A DNA stretch of 63,830 bases, filler included, from Asterionella formosa (taxonomy: Eukaryota), in NCBI GenBank assembly GCA_002256025.1. It is 15 parts of 15 records of this genome, joined end to end, with 100 filler letters (N's around TTAATTAATTAA, not from the genome) between each part and the next. Parts side by side here need not be neighbours in the genome. Positions count along the whole stretch, not along the records: positions 46,935 to 51,086 come from NKIB01013676.1; positions 51,187 to 55,336 come from NKIB01013677.1; positions 55,437 to 59,585 come from NKIB01013678.1; 12 more parts are not named here. One strand, 5' to 3'. Positions 46,835 to 56,713 of this stretch are shown in pieces (the first letter of the stretch is position 1; each line of letters begins with the position of its first letter). The translations under genes and the position numbers were made by a program. The notes under the pieces were generated by a model, which was not told the origin of the DNA, made no database searches, and worked only from the letters and a program-made list of their open reading frames with translations.

Positions 46835-49081
46835 NNNNNNNNNNNNNNNNNNNNNNNNNNNNNNNNNNNNNNNNNNNNTTAATTAATTAANNNNNNNNNN
46901 NNNNNNNNNNNNNNNNNNNNNNNNNNNNNNNNNNCCAGCCCCACAAGCGTACATTCAAGAACTGCGACGATTACGATGAAAAAAGATTGACAATGTACAA
47001 CTTGAGTTTTGTGGGGCGGCGAGCGGGCGAGAATAAATGACATGGTACCTGGTAAACATACCGGTACTTTGCGGGACTCCTTGCTGCTGAAGGAAAGGAA
47101 TTTTCAATATTAGGCTGCACATATGATGATGTATTGAAAATGTCACATGTACCTGGTAGACAACTGAGGATATGTAAACATGATGTAGAGAAAACTGGTA
47201 AATACCTTTGGGCAGTTGAAGGTTGATGAAGTGGAAAAATTCGTCTCGTACATTTGATGTGTTCTTTCATATTCACATATATGTGTACAGGTTGAATAAA
47301 CAAATTATATAGATGGGCGTGGTACCTGTCGTACCTCGATCCTTTCTACTACGGGTAGCTAAGTGCTCCTTTTTCAGGTATGCTTCTACGGTACACAACA
47401 TTTCTGATTCTTGTAGACTCAATGATATACTGCATTTTAACTGTAGTAGCTTGCCAGATGCATAGTGGAAACCAAGTTCAACATGTAATTCACGCGGTGC
47501 AGCCTCGTGGTGTCGACTGTAATGTAGTAGTACCAGGACCAGTTATAGATGGCTTCAAGCCAAGTTATTGCATTGTTTTCCGACTAATTCTAGATTTATG
47601 CTAAAATCCCCACTTTCGCCCTTTGGCACGAAATTAGTTAGTTCATTTAGTTAGCTACATGAGAATTAGATCATTTTTTACTTTAACATATAATAATTGA
47701 GATCTATCCATTTTAAAAGTGACAAGACTGGTCAAAGTGGCTCAAAGCCATTGATTAAAAATTTTAACATACATGTAGTTAAATTTAAAGGTGACAGTTG
47801 GAAAATACAGGTCCCGTTATACTGTACAGACAAATAAAAAGGATACTAATTGTGTCCATCTATTTGGTGGGCCCGAGTGCAATTATTGGATAGCTTTAAT
47901 GTACTATAAAATTTTATTGACATTTTTAGTAGCTTTACCATGTTAATCTCAGAGGGAGGAATATTCTATGAAGGTTTCTTCATACAAACACATGACTGAT
48001 AAATCTCCAAAATTTTGAAATCGCCACGATCTATGATTTTCAATTTCTTCAAGAACTCTTGCTGAATCCTGGCAGCATCCCAGACTTAAGCTTTCTTCAA
48101 CTTTTGTCTGGAATGCTGCCAAGATTTGCTAAACACTGCAATATCGTCACTGTGAACTTGCAACAAAGGGAATCGATTATTCTTTGGGTTGCAAAAGTTT
48201 TTCTACCATTGGGTTGCTCTGAGTGGGAAGAAGGGGAATCAGATATTCAGGTCTGTACTGGTGTGATAGAGCATGTCAAGGGACAAAGTGGTAACAACAC
48301 AAAGGATGAGGCATTTCTTAAAGCTGGTCAAATGATTCAAAACACAGCCACCAATGTGCCCTTGATGTTGACACAACTTTCTGCAATGCAATAAATGATT
48401 TAAAATAGTAGTAGACAAAAACAAAAACAACAACAACAAATACTACCAATAACTCATTTGCAAAACCCATTTGAGTATGAGGATAATAATTTTAAGATTA
48501 ATAGCGAACTAATATCAATAATACTATTTTCTTTTACCAAGAATGTATATATTTATTGTAGTATTTTAACAAGAAACGAAACATTATTGAGTCCTACAGC
48601 AATGTAGATTTTCTGAAAATGTTTGAATCATCTGTTGGAAAATGAGCCTAAGCATTGCCGTCATCGCCATTCACCAATCCTTTGTTACCATCAGTCAATG
48701 TGATTTGGAGCGCTCTGAAAGATATTGACTGTGAAACACTTCAATGACAGAAGCAAGTTCGTGGTTGAGAAAAAGCATGCTCACGCGAACAATACAACAA
48801 CAAAACCTTCACCAATTTGGACTGCTACTTTCATCATTTCGCATGAAACAAGCAGAGCTGACTGTTTACTTTCCAATACTCAACAATTCACTGATCCGTC
48901 AATAGTAAAGCATATCAAAAGGAAAGTTTACGCAATAACGAAAAACATTGTGGCTTCAAGAAATTGCGCCTTAGAAGGATGGATTATGTTTAAGGTAATG
49001 AAGCCGTCATGTGGTACATGGATGACAATCATTGGGAGGACAACAAAAAAGGTAAAGTAGACGCACATTTCCTTTCTTCTC

Positions 49082-49384
49082 AGTTGATTCAATAGCTCGT
49101 TTCGCTTGTTGGGAGCACTAATGTTAACAAAAAAAAATTGGTAACTACTCTGGTCGTTGGACTTACTCACTTCTGTTGGAACATAACTGACGGGCACGTT
49201 TACCTTCTTTCAAAGTAAAGCTGACGAAGATGAGTTGATTCAATAGCTCATTTCGCTTGTTAGGGAGCACCAAGAATGTGAAACAAAATTAGTAAGTGCT
49301 CTTGTCGTTGGACCTATTCACTACTGCTGGAACATAAATGACGGACATGTTTACCTTCTTTCAAAGTTAAGCTATCGAAAATGA
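49082..49384. repeat. Diverged tandem duplication, two ~151-bp units
   Basis: AGTTGATTCAATAGCTC.TTTCGCTTGTT..GTCGTTGGAC..GGAACATAA.TGACGG..TTTACCTTCTTTCAAAGT at 49082 and 49233. Confidence 0.9.
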
Positions 49385-50249
49385 ATCGCTAAGTTTTATT
49401 TGACAAAATTGGATACCTGAAATATACTTTTTCAATAATTGACTGACAATTTACTATTACAGACATATGCATCAGTTGCTTTGATTTGTGGTAAGAGAAG
49501 CAAGAGGATACGATGGAATTGCGTGATGTTGTGTCAGTGTAACACGACTAGCTAACAAGTCATATCTTCTCATTGTTACTGTAACTGCATAGCTAGGACA
49601 ATAAAACCAATCAAACAACGGAATAGTCGGCGAGTTTAGAGTGACACTAACAGCAGGGAAAGAGATGCAACATAAGTAGGTACTGCCTGACACATGATTC
49701 AGAATAGAAGAATAAATGGGCGAGACAGGAACAATATATATTGAGATGAGTGGAGAGAGAAATGTCTGGACACTCCAGAACCATGGATAACATTGCTAAA
49801 TTTGATAGTTAAATTACAATCCATTTTAATCTATTTTGAACAATTCTTGTAATTAGAAGAATTATGATCATGTTTAAGGGAGATATACTATGAAACAATT
49901 CACATGATAGCTTAGTAGAGTTAAGCTTATTGTAGGATGCGTTGTAGTAATAATTTACATTTGGCGATCACAAGAAAATAAAATAAAATGAGAAGGTTTA
50001 TGATATTGATAAGAAATGTTGTTGATCAGTTGATATACATTTTGTGATTATAATGATCTTATTGTCATTATATTCAAGTTTGGTAAAATATTAATGAATC
50101 ATCATAGTTACAGGATACCTTGATCGTAGTTTGATCCAAAAATTATCATGTATTACGAAAATCCTGTGCCACTTAGCGTACAATACCCTTGATCTTATTT
50201 GCACGATACTTTTTATTTGCAGATGGCCGCTTCTGGTCGAAATACTTCC

Positions 50250-50760
50250 AAGGTGAAGAAGTCAAGGCACACTTCGGAAGCCTTGAGTGTGGCTTTGCAG
50301 ATGACTGGCCAGGAAAACTGGGTGACAACAAAACAATGGTGGACACCAAATAGATTGTTTGAACTCCTAATAGATTGTTTGAACTCCTCTCGTCAGCAGT
50401 CACAGAAGTTAATGCTATGCTGGTATATAAACACTTCTGCAAAGATGAGGTTGATGGCATGCTCGGTTTTAAGAAGCTGAAGAATCGCCTTGAAGGTCGA
50501 CGAGATTGACAAAAAATGCTAAGCACAGAGTTTTCCAGCTACCCGAAGGCAAGAAAATTATTGGTACAGATATATCAGCCTGTCGAGCCGGAAAGATTCC
50601 GTACTTATATACCTGCACGGATACCGGAATGTCGATATGCCCGCTATATATAACCAAGGATATTTATGAATGTACGCAGGGTATAAATATTATTTTGCCG
50701 GTATTTATGCAGCTTTCTATTGAAAAAGAGGCACTGCCCATCACTGATCGATAAAAACTT
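50250..50760 (+). pseudogene. piggyBac-like transposase C-terminal remnant
   Basis: WVTTKQWW.PNRLFELL..AVTEVNAMLVYKHF resembles the W.T..WPNRVF.FLLAVTEVN segment of stramenopile piggyBac-like transposases; frameshifted. Confidence 0.5.
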
Positions 50761-50826
50761 CTGAACATCACTCTTGCAATGCAGTCCACAGTCTGCAGCG
50801 CAAATTCGTAAATCAATCATAATACC

Positions 50827-51086
50827 ATGATAAAACCAACGGTGGATGATTCGCAAAACTCAGGAGTAGTGGATGATTATTCCGACAATGACAGTTCAGA
50901 CAATGGCATTGGGACAGTTCCCCAGAACCATCGAATACCTGCGCTTCCCGTTCCCTCTGTTCGATCGAGTTGTCAAAAAAGCTCAGAGGGATTGTCCAAA
51001 GGATCTTTACAAAGTGGTTTCAGAGGAATCTTCTCGGGCTTTAGCAAGAAGAGTAAGGAAGCGAGGAGTAACGAAGGGTCGCGTAT
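50827..51086 (+). CDS. Possible 5' end of a gene, truncated by contig end
   Basis: ATG ORF open into the linker; S/D-rich. Confidence 0.35.
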
Positions 51087-51393
51087 NNNNNNNNNNNNNN
51101 NNNNNNNNNNNNNNNNNNNNNNNNNNNNNNTTAATTAATTAANNNNNNNNNNNNNNNNNNNNNNNNNNNNNNNNNNNNNNNNNNNNGGTACTGAATATAG
51201 ATATTTGATAAATACTGGTATATACAGCGCCATGGGCTGGTACCTGGTACCTTAGTACCAGGTAGCTTGCACAATTATATACGCACACTATATACATCAT
51301 AGCAGGGTATTTTGCCCCGAGAATCAATGACACAAGGTCCTTCCTGTACATAAATAGTACGTAAGTATAGTACTCAGGTACCAGGTACTACGA

Positions 51394-51468
51394 GCAAGTT
51401 TCGGTAATTTTGCTGAACTAAAGATTTAGCTATCTTTATATTTAGCAAGCAAAATGACCGCAACTTGC
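51394..51468. mobile_element. MITE-like inverted-repeat element, copy B
   Basis: GCAAGTTTCGGTAATTTTGCT...AGCAAAATGACCGCAACTTGC (~21-bp TIR). Confidence 0.8.
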
Positions 51469-51777
51469 AGGTACCGGTACCAGGGTACCAGGTACCAGGG
51501 TACATAGGACAAGGTAACAGGTGTGCCGGTATTACATACAGACGAGGAGCCGATTCTGGGATAAAAAATATTGCAGAAATCACGGACACATTAAACAATC
51601 TGATTTTTTGGTGTCTCACGGCTGATTTCCGTCGTCTCTCCTGCTGCTGTTGGAGTTTCACTTCTTCCCTATAGTTGATGATCCAGCATACAGCCAATCA
51701 AAATCACATATTAAGTTGCTAGAGTTGGGACGAGAATCGCTATTAGGTTGAAGCAATTCCACGCATCACAATTGATC

Positions 51778-53493
51778 ATGTCACTCCAGTTGACACCTTC
51801 TCGGAAAAATTCAAATTTCATTGTACTCGGAGGTGTAGCGGCTGGATTGGCCCTTCTGACACCGGTACATGCTTTTCTATCACCGCTATCAATAAAGTAC
51901 TTCAAGGCTGCTACTGGGGGTCATGTTAGTAACCTTTGCAAGTCACTTTTGATGGCAGAGTCTACACAACTTGGCGATGGCTATGACTCTCCAGAGAAAA
52001 TGTTGCCGCAGGTGCGCAAAAAGAAAGTTGACCTCCTTCCCAAGGTCGGTGACATCGTTCGATACTATGACACCGATGGTGGAAAGGAAGACGGCCAAGT
52101 CCTGGTGGGTAAAATCGCTTTCATCCAGCAACGAATTGGAAAGAAAGAGTGGCTTGTAGATCTGAACGAACTCGATGATGTCGGTGATGGATACTATGCT
52201 GAATACTCGTCTCGCGAGCGAAGTTGGAAGAAGACTACCAGACCTCTCGATAAAGTCAGTCCTGTTGCTGCAAGTTTTGTCCGGAGTGAGAACGCCTTCA
52301 AAATTCCTAGAGAATCGGACACAATGAAACCAGCTGTCCGACAAGAATCGTATGACTTGGAAAATTACGATGGTCCATCGCGGGGAGTCCTTAACGAAGA
52401 TCTCTTGGCTTCTGACCTTGTCAAGTATAGTGACCTCAAGGGATCGTTGCTTCGGAACGCTGCAGTTGCCGGTGTTTTGGGAACACTTGTCGCTCAGATT
52501 GCCAGAGGAACTGAAGATGCAGTGGTTTACGGTCTCGGTGCCACAGCCGGAGTCTTTTACTTGTATTTCTTGACAGTCAAGACTGATACAATGGGGTATA
52601 CTGACACCAAGCTTGGTAAAAGTATTTCAAACATTCGATTTTTGGCGCCTGTCATTGTGCTTGTCGCAGTTGCTCTCTATAATAAGAGTTTGGGCGATGC
52701 TAATCCCATGGCAAGTAGCACTAACATTTTTTCTCTGGTGACACCAGAACAGTATGCCGCGGCTGTGTTGGGATTCTTGACATATCGCATTCCATTGTTC
52801 GGAGGTCAAATCGCGGAGTTTCTCAAAGATGGGGATAATGAGTTGAACTTGCCAGGTAGCGCTGGTATTGCCATGAAGCTTGTAAAAGCAGATGTCCAGG
52901 AAAAACTAGGCAACAAGAACGTGGATGGCACGTTGGGGTTGACTCCTGTCATTGTAGTATCCGGGCCACAGTCGACTGGGCGTAGCGAGCTGGTTCAAAA
53001 GCTTATTAGTGAGAGCGCGGGACGTTATGTTGCGCCAACTCTCGTTGATCGCAACGATGATGGTGCCACATTTGAGCGAATGCAACAGCGCGGTGACTTC
53101 TTATACATCGATGATTCTGAACGGTATGGACTGACGCGGGACAGCATTCTGAAAGCTGGGACTAACGGACAGTCGGTTGTCATTGTCGATGCTGATGTTG
53201 CCCTCGCCAAGGGATTAGCTACCATTCCCAAAACGAGGTTGATTGGAGTGTGGGTTGGTCTTGATAGCGTCGCCAAGTTCCAGAGCCGATTACAAGAACA
53301 GGTGGACTGTGGTATAATTTCCATTCCAGAGGACGAGACGCGAGAGAGTGTCGTGCGAGCAAAGATTCGAGAAATTGTCAGAGACATTGAGTACGGCATT
53401 GTAAGTGGCGTTTTCGAATTCACGATCTTGAATGACGACCCCGAAGACAGTTTGAAGCAGCTCAGAACAGCAGCAGAATATAGTTTCAAATAG
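51778..53493 (+). CDS. Plastid-targeted fusion: CGL160/AtpI-like membrane domain + guanylate-kinase-like domain
   Basis: Signal peptide + VHAF; 4-TM block (YGLGATAGVFYLYFL..D..RFLAP...LGFLTYR); C-terminal VIVVSGPQSTGRSEL...FEFTILNDD GK-like fold. Confidence 0.75.
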   Translation: MSLQLTPSRKNSNFIVLGGVAAGLALLTPVHAFLSPLSIKYFKAATGGHVSNLCKSLLMAESTQLGDGYDSPEKMLPQVRKKKVDLLPKVGDIVRYYDTDGGKEDGQVLVGKIAFIQQRIGKKEWLVDLNELDDVGDGYYAEYSSRERSWKKTTRPLDKVSPVAASFVRSENAFKIPRESDTMKPAVRQESYDLENYDGPSRGVLNEDLLASDLVKYSDLKGSLLRNAAVAGVLGTLVAQIARGTEDAVVYGLGATAGVFYLYFLTVKTDTMGYTDTKLGKSISNIRFLAPVIVLVAVALYNKSLGDANPMASSTNIFSLVTPEQYAAAVLGFLTYRIPLFGGQIAEFLKDGDNELNLPGSAGIAMKLVKADVQEKLGNKNVDGTLGLTPVIVVSGPQSTGRSELVQKLISESAGRYVAPTLVDRNDDGATFERMQQRGDFLYIDDSERYGLTRDSILKAGTNGQSVVIVDADVALAKGLATIPKTRLIGVWVGLDSVAKFQSRLQEQVDCGIISIPEDETRESVVRAKIREIVRDIEYGIVSGVFEFTILNDDPEDSLKQLRTAAEYSFK

Positions 53494-53547
53494 TTTAGTA
53501 ACATGTAGAGTCAAGGTAATGAGCTATTGATTTTGATCGTCTAATAT

Positions 53548-55303
53548 TTAATAGCTCACCGCTCTCCAGGTGATGGGATTTGCAAAAGCAGTTCTCAGTT
53601 TACGATCGTCGTTCTTCATGCATTGGTAGTCGACGTATTCGGAGTCTGTGAGCAGGCAAAGGTTAAGACCATTCTGAAGGCACTCTTGTTTGGATTTATC
53701 GCCCATGCGTGAACCAATGAAAACAATCTCCTGACGTCTGTCGCCAACTGAGTTGGTATTTGCGTCGGAATCTTCGTGAGATGGATCGTCAAAGTCCTGG
53801 AGAAGCGACGTGATGGCTTCTGGGGGCCATTGTTCTCGAGGAAGTGTCGCCCACCATCGCCCAAGACACAGCATCTCAAATGAACTTCCAGCATGGCTCC
53901 AATACGTGGCAGCATTGTTGGAGTCTGCACACCATGTAAATCCTTTGCTACGGAGAACATTCCTTAATGCGTTTTTGGTGCTCTCGGGAATCACCATCGA
54001 CTCATCTCCATTGTCCTCGGGCAACCCTCGCACAACAGGAAGATGCCGAAGAAATGAAAGCAATCGCTTGGGATGAAAGGGTCTACGTGCCTGGTAAACA
54101 TAAGCTCCAAATCCGGCATGTTCATGCTGAGCATGAGAGTGATCGTGGGTGGGGTCAGTGCAAACCGGTTCGGTGCAGTCCTGAGCGTGGGAGTGCGAAT
54201 GGGAATGCCCGTGCGATGGGTCTGTGCAAGCCGGTTCGGTGCAATCCTCCGCGTGGCTGTGTGTGTGTTCCATCTGCAAAGCTGCTTCGACAGCATCTTT
54301 GTGGTCGTCTACCACGCCAGCTTCAGCGACCCCTTGCCCGCGTGCTACGGCAAGGATTTTCATTATATCTACATCTCCGAATTGACTTCGTATTACCGTA
54401 GCACGTGGATTGAGCGCTCTGACAATATTTTCGATTTCAAGCGAGGTGGTCCCATCGGCAAGATCAACCTTGTTGAGTATCACCACATCGGCAGTTTCTG
54501 TTTGTGCTACAAGAAGTTCTCCAACGCCATCCTCGTTTTCATCTGGATTCAGCAGCTGTTGCCTAACTCCTCCAGCAACAATCGCTTCCAGTAGAAGTGG
54601 GGGAATGCCTTCCATCCATTCCTCCTTGGGAGCCGGTTCCTCGCCTTCGCGAAAAAAGAGTTCGGGGGCATCTGATGTAGAAACAACCTTGGACGACTGC
54701 AAATGCTTCAAGAAGATACCACAGTCGACGACATTGACTATGGTGTCAAGTCTTACCCTCTCCATCAGAGGCATATCGTAGAGTACGGCTTCTTGGAACT
54801 GCGCCCGAATGCTCCTTGGGTCGGCGACTCCGCTAAGCTCAATCACAATATGGTCAAAGGCGTCCTCTTCTGCCCTCAAATCAGACATGGTGACAAGCTC
54901 CGAAACAGATGTCATGAGCTCTGCTGAGAGCGAGCAACAAGCGCATCCGTTCTGAAGCTCCACCATACCAGATGCGCCTACGCCGGTCCGAGAACCAGCC
55001 ACCAACTTGGAATCAATGTTTACAGACGCCACATCATTGACGATTACAGCGATGCGGAGGCCTTGTTTGTTGTTCAAGACATGCTGCAGCAGGGTGGTCT
55101 ATGGGGTTGGTAGGAGGGATGGAGAGAACAATTTAGAGAGACCGAAAACAGTCAAGCTTGATGCATCACCGCGACCATCCGATTACCTTTCCAGACCCCA
55201 AAAATCCTGATAGAACGGTGATTGGAATGGGCTTGCTGGCTGTCAAAGCGAAAATCAAGGAGACTTTGAACAGCAACACGAGGACGCGAGGTAAAATCAT
55301 CAT
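53548..55303 (-). CDS. COG0523/CobW-family metallochaperone GTPase; exons 55187-55303 and 53548-55098
   Basis: LSGFLGSGK|TT across intron 55099-55186; NDVASVNID, NGCACC, IELSGVADP, NKVD; His/Cys-rich linker; RRPFHP.R, RSKGF.W, GDRRQEIVFIG; N-terminal signal peptide. Confidence 0.92.
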
Positions 55304-55436
55304 CAAATTTGCTGTGTTCCAGGTTTAGTAGACTATNNNNNNNNNNNNNNNNNNNNNNNNNNNNNNNNNNNNNNNNNNNNTTAATTAATTAANNNNNNNN
55401 NNNNNNNNNNNNNNNNNNNNNNNNNNNNNNNNNNNN

Positions 55437-56052
55437 GGAAGCAACAAAAGATAAAGAATTCTCTAACCAAAAGGTGCTAAACAATGAGAACCTTGGAAAT
55501 CTGTTGGCAATTCGAAACTCAATGCTTCAGGAACTGCATACTGATGTTCAACTCAGGGTACGAACTATAGACACCTCATTAAAACAATTTCCTCGTGGCG
55601 ATGCGTCCACAAACTTTTATGGAACTAGCAAATCTGAGATGCACGTTGACAATAAACGATGGGGGACGATTGGTAGCGTTAAGGAAAAGGAATTTGTAGA
55701 GGTGGAACGAAAGGGCATCGTTCAAAAGCCAAGTTTTGAAAGGGAAAGGAGGGAGTTGATTGCCGAGTGGAAAAGTAAACTTGAAAATCGCGACACTGCT
55801 CTTCAAAATATGGAGTTTACTGCCATGGCACAAGGATCTTCAATTGCTGAGCTTCAAACGATGCTAGACACTAGAGAGAAGAAATACAAAGATAAGGAAA
55901 GCAAGCTAAAGAAGGAGATTGAACACTTGAGGCGGAAGCTTAATGACAAGTGCGTGATAATCGCAGAAAAAACTGGTCAACTTAGGGGCTACCAAGACTA
56001 CATTCAAGAAGTCACGCAACTACTGGAGGAGACATACTCAAAAAAGCGATAA
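55437..56052 (+). CDS. Coiled-coil protein C-terminus (5'-truncated)
   Basis: E/K/L-rich heptad-like ORF ending at 56052. Confidence 0.6.
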
Positions 56053-56713
56053 TAACTTCGACTATTTTAGAAATACGATCTTTACCGAACCATGGCCTTT
56101 CGTATTTTATGCTAGAAGAACATAACTGGAATGTGGAATGAACTACTGCGCGGCAGTGCCACTTTCTTGATTGTGAACGGGACTACGTAAAGTCATTTCA
56201 GGTCAACCTTGGTACAGGAGCTATATCCCCACCTACCAGCCTCGTTATCAGTAAAGCGCGAAAAGGTTTTCCTTGACGATTCGTCGTCGCTGCGACAAAG
56301 CTTGTCGTCATGGTGTGCAGTGAATTCATAGTAACGGTAGCCTAGTGCATGATGGAATGCCGCTGGCAAGCTAGCGAGCTGATACATGAGAAAATGAGTG
56401 ACACAAGAGATGAACTCGTAGTCTACTACATAAATTTTGTTTTCGAACTTTTGACGTCAACTTTGCCATCCTGAGACAAGGATTATTTTCTCATGGAACC
56501 AGCCTCAATGCCTCCGAATTGATGAAATGAGACAGCTCGACCATGCGCATTCAATTGCCGAGATTCAGAGCGATTTGACAGGGGAAACAATTCACCCATG
56601 TGGATTTGAGTTCCTTCAACAAATGTTCGTGCGAAGTGCAATTTCAAAACGATTTCATTCTATTAAATAAAAAATATTGAAAATCTCAGATTCCCTAAAT
56701 TTCTCTATTGGCA

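Noticed and set aside
34614..55303. Bacterial contamination (MoeZ, CobW, alpha/beta hydrolase)
   Set aside because: Eukaryotic presequences, a spliceosomal intron in the COG0523 gene, and the same host MITE/TACCWGG motifs in the flanks.
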